From positions 32,001 to 96,000 of the IMG/VR virus record IMGVR_UViG_3300027969_002881: a stretch of DNA of 64,000 nucleotides; one strand, 5' to 3'. A model generated the notes under the pieces. The model was not told where the DNA came from. It worked only from the letters and a program-made list of their open reading frames with translations, and made no database searches. Below are positions 1 to 9,024 of the stretch, piece by piece (positions within the stretch are counted from its first letter, which is position 1; each line of letters begins with the position of its first letter). The position numbers and the translations under genes are program-made. Origin of the DNA: a virus.

Positions 1-5
1 TATAA

Positions 6-470
6 ATGATTTTAGCTAAAAGTATTATTAAAGATAAATTTTGGATTCTTGAAGAGAATGCCAAACGGGTTGGTATGATGAACTTTAAGGATGATAACTA
101 TACTATCAATCTTAAACGTAGAGATTTTGTTGTTCGTAATACTACTGAACTTAAAAATCTTGGCATCGAATTTGTTGTTCGTGATTTAACACAAGGCGGC
201 AATATTGAAGTAATGGGTTATCCTACTGATCAAGAAGAAGTCTTTAACATCAAAGAAATGGACGGATATCCTACATTTACTAAAAAATCCACAAGTAAAA
301 GTACTCATGTGGCAGGATGGTATGGATTGAAGTTCAAAAATGGGTGGGTTGCTAGCCTATGCCCTAGATTTACTACTATCAAAACCAATGTATTTGTGGG
401 TCCTTACAAGACCAAGATGGATCTTAAAGTAGTTCTAAGCCAACAAAAAGAAACTATATTAGAAGATTAA
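6..470 (+). CDS. hypothetical phage protein (154 aa)
   Basis: ORF track; no recognisable motif. Confidence 0.75.
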   Translation: MILAKSIIKDKFWILEENAKRVGMMNFKDDNYTINLKRRDFVVRNTTELKNLGIEFVVRDLTQGGNIEVMGYPTDQEEVFNIKEMDGYPTFTKKSTSKSTHVAGWYGLKFKNGWVASLCPRFTTIKTNVFVGPYKTKMDLKVVLSQQKETILED

Positions 471-481
471 GTTAGCATTTA

Positions 482-519
482 ATCTGTTTCTCTGATAAAT
501 AATAGTAGGAGAAACAGAT
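482..519 (+). promoter_or_regulatory. RBS-sequestering stem-loop with T4-type late promoter (GATAAATA, 494-501) in the loop
   Basis: ATCTGTTTCTC (482-492) is the exact reverse complement of GAGAAACAGAT (509-519), which overlaps SD AGGAG (507-511); ATG at 521. Confidence 0.75.
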
Positions 520-520
520 A

Positions 521-838
521 ATGGCTAGACCGAAACCTACTATACTTTTAACATATACAGATCCAACAAGTTACAAAAGCGAAGAGATTTTAGAAGCTGA
601 AGCCATCTATGCTGTTTTCTTTCAAGGTAAACCGTTTAATCTTAGAACACACTTGAACAGTTTACAAGACTATCCGGGTCCAAAATATAAAAAAGTAAGT
701 TTTAGCAATTCAGGTCATGCGTTTAATCTAATGGAAAAGATGAATAAACTTTTTAAATGTAATGATTTTACTGTAGTGGAACTTTTACAAGGCGCCGAGG
801 TCAATGAATATGACCTTATCAAAAGAGCAGATAAGTAA
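521..838 (+). CDS. hypothetical phage protein (105 aa, MARPKP...), probably late
   Basis: ORF with strong SD AGGAG. Confidence 0.85.
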   Translation: MARPKPTILLTYTDPTSYKSEEILEAEAIYAVFFQGKPFNLRTHLNSLQDYPGPKYKKVSFSNSGHAFNLMEKMNKLFKCNDFTVVELLQGAEVNEYDLIKRADK

Positions 839-1145
839 ACTGGTTTTTGGTGAGATACAAAAATCAGTTGATACGCCATTGACCTTTTTTAGGGTTTATA
901 AAAATAGCAAGGGAACAAGATTTACTGGCTTGGGTTTTGATCTAGCTAGTTTTTTATGGAAAACCTATACAGTAAAGCTTCCACAAGATTATAAAATTGC
1001 CAACAAAACTCTGCTAATGCTGGACAGCAGAATGGAATGGCCCTACTATCTTAGTAAGAAAAAACTTATATTATTCAGCGAAATGGATGCTTTTGAATTT
1101 ACTTTATACTCAGGTGATATAAATTTATGGGCGCACAAAGAATGA
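804..1145 (+). CDS. hypothetical protein (113 aa)
   Basis: ORF overlapping neighbours; ATGA coupling to next gene. Confidence 0.75.
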   Translation: MNMTLSKEQISKLVFGEIQKSVDTPLTFFRVYKNSKGTRFTGLGFDLASFLWKTYTVKLPQDYKIANKTLLMLDSRMEWPYYLSKKKLILFSEMDAFEFTLYSGDINLWAHKE

Positions 1146-2305
1146 ATGCCAATGGATATTATTCAGTCAATGGTATAGAATTTGACAACAAAATTACTGC
1201 ACTGATTCGTGCTTCAGAATTAAACACTGAAGTTAAATGGCATTACTTTGATAATGTATTTGAAACTGCGAAAAACAATAATTTATTAGTAGATACTAAC
1301 TTAGAAGAATTATACAAAATAAGAGCACAACAACTTAGAGACAGCTATGATTATCTTATTTTAAATTATAGCGGAGGCAGCGATAGTCATAATATATTAC
1401 ATGTGTTTTTAAAGAACAATATCAAATTAGATTGTATCTATATACAATGGCCCGAGCGGCTGATGGACAAAGGTCTGTTCAATGTTAACACCAACGACAA
1501 ATCTACATTTAACTTTCACAGTGAATGGGAACTAGTATTAAAGAAAGACCTAGAGTGGCTAGCACAATCACACCCAGAAATAAAGATAGAACTATTTGAT
1601 TGGCTGGACTGTGTCGACGAAAACTTTTATACTGATAAAATATTTGAACAGAATGTTAGTAACTTGCCCAGCATGGCAAGAAGTATCAAGCAAAATAATT
1701 ACAGTAAAACCGAAACAGAACTAGCTGGCAAGGGTAAACGAGTTGCCAGTATATTTGGTATAGACAAACCTAATATTGTAAAGCATCAAGGTAAGTGGCA
1801 TTACTTTTTCGCAGACACAGCATTCATGGCACAAGCGAATCCTGGAAATCCCCATGGGCTGGAATATTTTTATAATACTCCTGCATTTCCTGAATTAACA
1901 ACAATACAATGTAAGAAACTAGCCAAGTGGTATGATTCAAATCCCAGTCATTTGTATTTGGTTAAATCACGCACAGACAGAATCGCAGAAAATCCTGCTG
2001 TAGCAAATTTCACGCACAGGCAGAACATGGATGAGTACCATCAAATGGCAGAAATTGCCAAACTTGTGTGTTACCCTTACTGGGACTTTACTAGATTTCA
2101 AGCAGAAAAGCCGTTTAGTGTCTTGGATAACTTACAACTAGGTGTACGAGCCTGGGATAACATTTTACATGCTTTGCCAAAATTTAAAAGAGCACAACAA
2201 GCATGGGAATATCATTGGACCAGCTATTTAAATAATATAGACATTGCAAAGATGCGAAGCAAAGATACGGTACCCGTAATAAGATCAAAATATTATAAGT
2301 TATAA
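1142..2305 (+). CDS. adenine nucleotide alpha-hydrolase (PP-loop) family protein, paralog 1
   Basis: LILNYSGGSDS PP-loop (SGGxDS); start chosen at ATGA overlap 1142. Confidence 0.7.
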   Translation: MNANGYYSVNGIEFDNKITALIRASELNTEVKWHYFDNVFETAKNNNLLVDTNLEELYKIRAQQLRDSYDYLILNYSGGSDSHNILHVFLKNNIKLDCIYIQWPERLMDKGLFNVNTNDKSTFNFHSEWELVLKKDLEWLAQSHPEIKIELFDWLDCVDENFYTDKIFEQNVSNLPSMARSIKQNNYSKTETELAGKGKRVASIFGIDKPNIVKHQGKWHYFFADTAFMAQANPGNPHGLEYFYNTPAFPELTTIQCKKLAKWYDSNPSHLYLVKSRTDRIAENPAVANFTHRQNMDEYHQMAEIAKLVCYPYWDFTRFQAEKPFSVLDNLQLGVRAWDNILHALPKFKRAQQAWEYHWTSYLNNIDIAKMRSKDTVPVIRSKYYKL

Positions 2306-2306
2306 C

Positions 2307-3494
2307 ATGGAACTTTTTAATCCACATTCCAATGATTGGTTGAAAAATAAATTTTCAATTTATAATGATCTCCGTAGTCGCGATACCGCGTATTGGAGCG
2401 ATACCTACAACATGTATATTATAACCAGATATGACGATGTTGTATTTGCGTTACATAATCCTGAAATTTTTTCGTCAGCCTATGGTAATCTTATTGTAGA
2501 GGATTCTCGAAGGTTTAATACAACGCTGGGTGCCAGTGATAATCCCACACATGATTTTCTAAAGAATATTGTAAGAAACGCTTATAGTAAAGACAACATG
2601 GATAGGATTACCTCATGCTTCTCTTATCATGCACGTCGATTATTATCGGATAAAGATAATCTAAATCTGTCAGATGTAATATCAGAGTTAAGTGCATGGT
2701 GTGTTGCAGAAATAATAAATTTTCCCTATGACAAAAAAGAAGTAGTGGATTTAATTATTGATATACAAAAGAAATCTAGTTTAGCAACAAACACTGATAT
2801 CGATGATAGTTCATATAAAAAATTTAGGCACATTTTAAAGAAACTATGGGTTTCTAAGACAGAGCCACATGGGCCGGGAATTTATAATGAGTTTTATTAC
2901 AATGATTCCATGGACCTTGATCCCGATGAACAGCACCCTAGATCTTCGTTGTTCATAGGACCTATAATCTCAGGAGCAAGTTCACTGGCTGGTGGATTAC
3001 AGTTTCTTACTTTAGATTTGTGTAGAAGCGGTAAATTACATAATTTATTAAATGACAAGTCACTAATACATTCTGCGGTAAATGAATCTTTGAGGTACAA
3101 TGCAAGTACAGGTAGGTTTAGTAGAACCGTTAATTCAGAGGTAGAATTACATGGCGTCAAATTAATGGCTGGCGACCGAGTTGCATTATGCCTGGATTCT
3201 GCCAATAGGGATCCTAGTGCTTTTACAAATCCAGATGTTTTTGATTTAGGTCGCCAGGGATCTAAATCCCTAGCTTTTGGGCACGGTATGCATGCCTGTA
3301 TTGCATTATCAATATCTAAAAACATTATGTCAACTTGGCTGGAATTGTTGTTTGATATATTTGGCAATTACCGCATAACGACATTGGACTCCGAGCTAGA
3401 ATATCTAATGACAGCATCCGGAAACAACGATTTGTTAACTAACCTACACCTAGAAAAGACGCAGAATATCACGAATAGTAATTCCTCAGCATAA
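2307..3494 (+). CDS. cytochrome P450
   Basis: heme motif FGHGMHAC, K-helix ESLR, meander FTNPDVFDLGR, N-terminal TRYDDV...LHNPEIFSS; 395 aa. Confidence 0.9.
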   Translation: MELFNPHSNDWLKNKFSIYNDLRSRDTAYWSDTYNMYIITRYDDVVFALHNPEIFSSAYGNLIVEDSRRFNTTLGASDNPTHDFLKNIVRNAYSKDNMDRITSCFSYHARRLLSDKDNLNLSDVISELSAWCVAEIINFPYDKKEVVDLIIDIQKKSSLATNTDIDDSSYKKFRHILKKLWVSKTEPHGPGIYNEFYYNDSMDLDPDEQHPRSSLFIGPIISGASSLAGGLQFLTLDLCRSGKLHNLLNDKSLIHSAVNESLRYNASTGRFSRTVNSEVELHGVKLMAGDRVALCLDSANRDPSAFTNPDVFDLGRQGSKSLAFGHGMHACIALSISKNIMSTWLELLFDIFGNYRITTLDSELEYLMTASGNNDLLTNLHLEKTQNITNSNSSA

Positions 3495-3497
3495 ATA
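3490..3497 (+). promoter_or_regulatory. putative T4-type late promoter (CATAAATA)
   Basis: 7/8 match to TATAAATA, upstream of SD AAGGAG and ATG 3528. Confidence 0.5.
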
Positions 3498-3527
3498 TAT
3501 ATAGTAACTAACCCCTAAGGAGATTAT

Positions 3528-3845
3528 ATGTTTTTAGTAACTAGAACACAAGTCAGACCCAACACGTCTGTAGAATTTTTTGGTCAAGATAATTCTGCTA
3601 TAACGCCCGAAGCTATCGCCCATATGCGTGAGAATTATATCACTACCGGCAAACAAATTAATTCTGATCGAATTGTATCAGAAGATGGATTAACTTTGAC
3701 TGTCGCTACGATTTGGCAATCAGAGGAAGCATTTAACGACTATAGAAATGACCAATTCGTAGTAGACAATCTAATTAACGTTAGCAACGCTTATTGCCAA
3801 GCTAATGGTATTGCTTCTACATTAGTCGGCAAAGAACAATTATAA
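3528..3845 (+). CDS. small hypothetical protein (105 aa), possibly ABM-like alpha+beta barrel
   Basis: strong SD; TIWQSEEAF segment resembles ABM-type W.S.EAF pattern (weak). Confidence 0.7.
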   Translation: MFLVTRTQVRPNTSVEFFGQDNSAITPEAIAHMRENYITTGKQINSDRIVSEDGLTLTVATIWQSEEAFNDYRNDQFVVDNLINVSNAYCQANGIASTLVGKEQL

Positions 3846-3860
3846 AATAATATTCCCGCA

Positions 3861-4820
3861 TTGTTTTCTGTATTTGATCAGCATCATATTTTTGTTGTGT
3901 TCAATCCTGGAAGTGGCGGGAATTTCCTTGCCGGAATCATTAACAACTTACTTAATTCAAATTTAACAGACTTAGATATATCCTCGACTGGCAGCAGTCA
4001 TACTGTATTGCGTGACAAATCAACTGGCACAGATTATCTATCATTTGGCACATTAATGGAGGAACATGACTCATTTAAGTCTGAAGAAGATCGTGAGCTG
4101 TTCTATCTAGAAAATATCAAGAAAACATATACATCGGAAAATAATAAACCCGAAGTTATATGGACACATGATTTTACAAACATTCCTCTTTACCGTAAAT
4201 ATTTTAAAAATTCTAAGATATTGGTTATTAACAATACATCACATGATGAACAGTTGACTGCACTGTTTATGTTGGCTAAGAAAACTCTTTTAGACAAAAA
4301 TTGCCTGTTGCCTATGTCAAGAGCCACATGGGAAATTGTCATGGAGAGATGGTCGATACATTGTATGAAGCAATTATTGCTGTTCAAGAACAGTGATGAT
4401 GCTATCAAAATGGTAAACGATCGTTTCAATGCTGAGTACAACAATGACCTACACTATGCAACTATAAGAATGATACTGGGCTTTTATGGCATGTTACACT
4501 TAGTAGAAGAAGTTCCAGCACAAAGAAGTGTATATGAATATGTTATATATCCTGCTACAAAAACAACAGGAAAAAGATTAGATCATTATGTCGACGATGA
4601 GTGTGTAATATTACCATACAACTATCTTTCCACTGGTGACTATGAGTTATTAGTTGAAAAGATATCTGCAACATTAGAACGACCACTGAACAGTGATGAG
4701 CTGGGTTACATTAGATCGTCTTTTGATAGGTATAGGTCGTGTCAAGATCAACTATTATTATCAAACCCCAAGAGTTACTATAAAAATTTAAGAGCCGCTG
4801 TATTAAATAAAGTACAATGA
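3861..4820 (+). CDS. hypothetical protein with N-terminal P-loop-like motif (sulfotransferase-like fold?)
   Basis: beta strand followed by NPGSGGNFL; TTG start; ATGA coupling to next gene; function tentative. Confidence 0.55.
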   Translation: MFSVFDQHHIFVVFNPGSGGNFLAGIINNLLNSNLTDLDISSTGSSHTVLRDKSTGTDYLSFGTLMEEHDSFKSEEDRELFYLENIKKTYTSENNKPEVIWTHDFTNIPLYRKYFKNSKILVINNTSHDEQLTALFMLAKKTLLDKNCLLPMSRATWEIVMERWSIHCMKQLLLFKNSDDAIKMVNDRFNAEYNNDLHYATIRMILGFYGMLHLVEEVPAQRSVYEYVIYPATKTTGKRLDHYVDDECVILPYNYLSTGDYELLVEKISATLERPLNSDELGYIRSSFDRYRSCQDQLLLSNPKSYYKNLRAAVLNKVQ

Positions 4821-6055
4821 ACAAAACGGACCTAGGATATTACACCGTAAATGGTGTAAGTTTCAACACCAATAAAGTCGCGGCCATTTTAGAAGCACAA
4901 AGAGTAGGTGCCGATATAGAATGGCATTTCCATGATACAATCTTTAATTCTGTCGACTGGACTAAAGAACCTGAACCCTCACTGGACATGATGTACGAAG
5001 CCAGGGCGCGGCAAATCAGAGAAAAATATGATTATGTTATTGTATTTTGCAGCGGTGGTGCAGACAGTACGAATGTGATTAGAACATTTATGAATCATAA
5101 CATTCATGTTGACGAAGTTGTTGCAATGATTCCAGAATCTGGTCTAAACAACTATGATTCCAATGACAAAGATTTATCACCAACAAATCTGATGTCAGAA
5201 ACAAAATATGCACAATACCCAATTTTACATGAAGTATCTACACGTAGTCCAAGAACAAAAATTACGGTTATTGATATATTTAAAAATGTAGAGGCTGCAG
5301 AATCCGACTCGTGGATATTTGAAACTGAGGGTGATATGATCGATCTAGTAAGCCATAGTTATGGCAAATTAGATTCTGTGCCGCACTTAGTTGATATGGC
5401 GGAACGTGGTGTAAGTATTGCCGCTGTATGGGGTACAGATAAGCCGATTATTTCATTTATAGGTGATACTGTTGCTACTGTACTTGCAGATGGTCCCGCA
5501 TATCTGCCCAAATATCCGTTTAAAACAGCGTATCCAAATGTAGACAGAGTACTATTCTATTGGTCACATGATATGCCAGAATTAATGGTCAAACAGGCAC
5601 ATGTTGTTGCTAGAGAATTATTAAAGCCTGAAAATATAGCAGTTTATCAGGCTTGTATTGATATGACAAATTTCAGTAAAAGGCCACAGGTTGTAAATTC
5701 TGCAGATGATATTATTTCAAATATGCACAAGCCAAAATTTAATCCTGCAGGATACTATTCACCTAAGACAATTTTCCAACGTGGCATAGTACCATTTGTA
5801 TATCCAACAACCTGGGATAATAAAGTATTCCAAGTTAATAAATTTGATCTCACACAGACCTTCCTACCTGCGTTCGCAAGCTGGGTTTCAGAATTACATC
5901 TAGGGTCTAGGATAACTCAATTAATAGAAAGCGATTTCAAATCGTTCTATTCACAAATTTCACCAAAATACCTGAATCCAAATAAGTCAGGTTTTAGAAT
6001 GTGTGTTAAAATATTTCCTATTGGAAATAAATACAACTTTAAAAAGAAACTATGA
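4817..6055 (+). CDS. adenine nucleotide alpha-hydrolase (PP-loop) family protein, paralog 2
   Basis: VIVFCSGGADS; shares GYYxVNG, Y..RA.Q.R..YDY and G.DKP motifs with 1142..2305. Confidence 0.7.
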   Translation: MNKTDLGYYTVNGVSFNTNKVAAILEAQRVGADIEWHFHDTIFNSVDWTKEPEPSLDMMYEARARQIREKYDYVIVFCSGGADSTNVIRTFMNHNIHVDEVVAMIPESGLNNYDSNDKDLSPTNLMSETKYAQYPILHEVSTRSPRTKITVIDIFKNVEAAESDSWIFETEGDMIDLVSHSYGKLDSVPHLVDMAERGVSIAAVWGTDKPIISFIGDTVATVLADGPAYLPKYPFKTAYPNVDRVLFYWSHDMPELMVKQAHVVARELLKPENIAVYQACIDMTNFSKRPQVVNSADDIISNMHKPKFNPAGYYSPKTIFQRGIVPFVYPTTWDNKVFQVNKFDLTQTFLPAFASWVSELHLGSRITQLIESDFKSFYSQISPKYLNPNKSGFRMCVKIFPIGNKYNFKKKL

Positions 6056-6996
6056 AACAATTTAAAAAATTATTACTGTCATCTGTGCTGGCATTATCTA
6101 CACTGTTGTCTCATGCAGAACCCATCAAGTTAATAGTACCAGTGGCACCTGGCGGACTGGTAGACAATCTTGCCAGACTAGTTGCACCTGAACTAGCTAA
6201 AAAACTCAACACCACTATTGTAGTGGAAAATAAAGTAGGTGCCAGCGGATCTATTGGTACTGCATTCGTTGCAGGATCTGCTGCCAACGGTCAGACATTG
6301 GTAATAGGTAATAGCGGCACAATTAATGTGTACCCCATGTTGAATCCTGGCTTTGATGGATACAATTCAAAATCTTTTGTACCTGTATGTTTAATCGGTG
6401 GAGGCCCATTGGTATTAACTGCCAGTGGAGAAATACCTGCAACTAATTTAAAGGAATTACTGCAATACTTTAAAGAAAACCCAACTGCGGCAAGCTGGGC
6501 AAGTCCAGGAGTTGGAACACCACCGCACCTATTAGGCGAACAATTAAAATTTCAGTATAATATAAATTCCATGGTACATGTTCTTTACAAGGGCATGGCA
6601 CCAGCAGTGGCGGATGTTATAGGTAACAGAGTATCGTTGATGTTTGATCTATATGGTCCACAAATGGCGGGTCTAATTAATACGGGTAAATTAAAACCTA
6701 TCTTTGTAACAGACAGTAAACCTTTGGGAAATATCAGTGCCGCACCAGATGCATCTTTTCACGTAAGGGGCTGGCAAGGTTTATTTGTACCGGCAAGCAC
6801 TCCAGAATCAGTGTTAACAAAATTGCGGTCAGCTTGTGAAAGTGCCGTCAATGAATCTACAGTCAAGGACCAATTAGTTACACTAGGAACTCCGCCATTA
6901 AATATCAAGCCCAGTGATGCACAAAGCTACATTGACAATGATACTAAGAGATGGACTACCATTATTAATAGATTAGACCTCAAAGAAAAGAAATAA
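6052..6996 (+). CDS. Bug/TctC family tripartite tricarboxylate transporter substrate-binding protein
   Basis: signal peptide; PIKLIVPVAPGGLVDNLAR, VVENKVGASG, SPGVGTPPHL, HVLYKG motifs. Confidence 0.9.
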   Translation: MKQFKKLLLSSVLALSTLLSHAEPIKLIVPVAPGGLVDNLARLVAPELAKKLNTTIVVENKVGASGSIGTAFVAGSAANGQTLVIGNSGTINVYPMLNPGFDGYNSKSFVPVCLIGGGPLVLTASGEIPATNLKELLQYFKENPTAASWASPGVGTPPHLLGEQLKFQYNINSMVHVLYKGMAPAVADVIGNRVSLMFDLYGPQMAGLINTGKLKPIFVTDSKPLGNISAAPDASFHVRGWQGLFVPASTPESVLTKLRSACESAVNESTVKDQLVTLGTPPLNIKPSDAQSYIDNDTKRWTTIINRLDLKEKK

Positions 6997-7001
6997 ACTT
7001 T

Positions 7002-7928
7002 ATGAGCTTTGCATTTATTTTTCCAGGACACGGATCCGAAATGGCAGTAATGTTGGATTCATTGTCTTCAAGACAGGAAGTAAAGGATACTTTACAGGAA
7101 GCATCTGACATACTAGGGAGAGACTTCAATAAAATAATTGAAGAAGGATTACAAACATCCTTTTCCTTGCTACCAACAGCGGCGCCCGCCATGCTCACTG
7201 CTGGTGTTGCTGGATTTCGGGCATGGCAGGCATCCGGAGGACAACAACCTAGCATTGTTGCCGGACACAGTCATGGAGAATATTCTGCGTTAGTAGCATC
7301 TGGTGTTCTTTCTTTTAAAGATGCACTGGAAGCAGTTCAATATCGTGCAACACTCATGCAGGCCATCAAAGGCAGCATGGCTGCTGTAATAGGGCTCAGT
7401 GCTGTTAAGGTCTTAGAGTTATGCGCTAATATTAGAGATGAAACGGGAAAAGTTGTTGAAGCTATTAACTTTAACGCACCAGGACAAATATTAATTTCAG
7501 GCGACAAAGAGGCAGTAGAGTCAGCCATTATTGCCGCTGATGCCGCAGGGGCAAAAATAACTCGTAGACTGGGACTTGCTGTTCCTGCACATTCTTCCTT
7601 ATTAAGACCAGTTTCAACAAAGCTACACGAGTACTTTCAACAAATAGAGTTCCGCACTCCGTTGATACCTATTATTAATAATGTTGATGTTGCTGTACTA
7701 ACCAATCCAATAGATATCAAAGATGCAATGGCTAGACAAGTTTCAAGGCCTGTTCGCTGGCAGAAAATTATAGAATCAATGTCGTCTCAGGGAATTAAAC
7801 AAGTGGTTCAATGTGGGCCTGGTAATGTTCTACATGAGTTGACTATACGTATTGATAAAAACCTACACAGTATGGCTATTGTGGATGAATTAACTCTCAA
7901 CGAAGTTCTGCGAACTTTAAATACATGA
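7002..7928 (+). CDS. fabD: FabD-like malonyl-CoA:ACP transacylase (variant motifs)
   Basis: FIFPGHGSE (cf. FPGQGSQ), catalytic GHSHG, FNAPGQILISG, VPAHSS, PVRW, GPGNVL. Confidence 0.85.
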   Translation: MSFAFIFPGHGSEMAVMLDSLSSRQEVKDTLQEASDILGRDFNKIIEEGLQTSFSLLPTAAPAMLTAGVAGFRAWQASGGQQPSIVAGHSHGEYSALVASGVLSFKDALEAVQYRATLMQAIKGSMAAVIGLSAVKVLELCANIRDETGKVVEAINFNAPGQILISGDKEAVESAIIAADAAGAKITRRLGLAVPAHSSLLRPVSTKLHEYFQQIEFRTPLIPIINNVDVAVLTNPIDIKDAMARQVSRPVRWQKIIESMSSQGIKQVVQCGPGNVLHELTIRIDKNLHSMAIVDELTLNEVLRTLNT

Positions 7929-8647
7929 CCAAAGAAAAATTAATTGACCTCTTTACTACGACAGGCTATGACGTTTTTAAAAATATTGTAGATGTTAAAC
8001 TTATAGAATCAATTAATAGAAAAGTAGATCTATTGGTGCCGCATCGTGGTCATGCCATGGATCACAAATACTACCCTGCTGATAAAGTAGCGGAATGTAA
8101 TGATCTGGCAGTGTGGTGGAGTCAAGAACTAAGCGGGTGGCCAGAGGTTCAAGAGATTACTCGTCAACTTATTGATGTAATTGGAGTAATGTTCGACGAA
8201 CCTAGCTCGTACATTGCAGACATCATTACCAATGAACCAGGTAATACGCATATCAAACCTCACATAGACAGTCCTTACCGATTCCCCAAATGGTGGAATG
8301 AAGATGAATTACTGGGCGTACAATGTATATTGCCATTGTGTGAATTCACCAAAGAGAATGGCAGTACTGGAGTGCTACCAAATAGTCATAATACTCGCTG
8401 GGTAGTCAAAGATAGTTATGCCGGAAAGTACAATGAAGAATTTTTGGCGGGTGTGGACCAACCAAAAATGGCACCAGGTGACGCACTAATTTATCATCCA
8501 CGCACACTTCACAGCACAATGCCAAATAATACTGATGTTCCACGTAGAGCTTTGCTTATCCATATAACCAGCAAAGAAATGGCTCGCCTGTTAAAATTGG
8601 AAGATACAATTTGGCAAGAAGAATCAAAAAAGATGTCATCTGTGTAA
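7925..8647 (+). CDS. phytanoyl-CoA dioxygenase (PhyH) family Fe(II)/2OG oxygenase
   Basis: HID facial triad start, ENGSTGVLPNSH, PGDALIYHPRTLHSTMPN...RRAL. Confidence 0.85.
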   Translation: MTKEKLIDLFTTTGYDVFKNIVDVKLIESINRKVDLLVPHRGHAMDHKYYPADKVAECNDLAVWWSQELSGWPEVQEITRQLIDVIGVMFDEPSSYIADIITNEPGNTHIKPHIDSPYRFPKWWNEDELLGVQCILPLCEFTKENGSTGVLPNSHNTRWVVKDSYAGKYNEEFLAGVDQPKMAPGDALIYHPRTLHSTMPNNTDVPRRALLIHITSKEMARLLKLEDTIWQEESKKMSSV

Positions 8648-8727
8648 ACGAAATACCGAGCTGCCGCGTTATATATATGTAGGGACAAAAATGTCACTAT
8701 AGTTCATTAATCAAAAGGAAACTTAAA

Positions 8728-9024
8728 ATGAAAAATCTTATCGCTACACTAATCGTTGCAGTTGCCGCAACATCTGCTTTTGCTCAAGCACCTGCTAAGA
8801 CAGAAGAAATTAAGAAGCCTGCTGCCGCTACAGCAGCCGCTCCTGCACCTGCTACACCAAAGGAAATGCCTAAGGTTGATAAGCCAAAGACAAAAGCTGA
8901 AAAAGAAGCTGAGGCAAAGGCAGCTAAACCAGCAGACACTAAAAGTGCTACACCTGCACCAGCACCTGCTGTCAAAGCAGACGAAAAGGCTCCTGCTAAG
9001 CCTGCCACAGCACCAACTAAGTAA
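8728..9024 (+). CDS. secreted Ala/Pro/Lys-rich low-complexity protein
   Basis: SD AAAGGA; signal peptide MKNLIATLIVAVAATSAFA|Q; PA/KA repeats. Confidence 0.85.
   Translation: MKNLIATLIVAVAATSAFAQAPAKTEEIKKPAAATAAAPAPATPKEMPKVDKPKTKAEKEAEAKAAKPADTKSATPAPAPAVKADEKAPAKPATAPTK

Noticed and set aside
8670-8700. TATATATA plus an imperfect hairpin (TAGGGACA-AAAA-TGTCACTA) upstream of the secreted protein
   Set aside because: Could be a late-promoter variant or RNA element, but the stem is short and mismatched; not supportable alone
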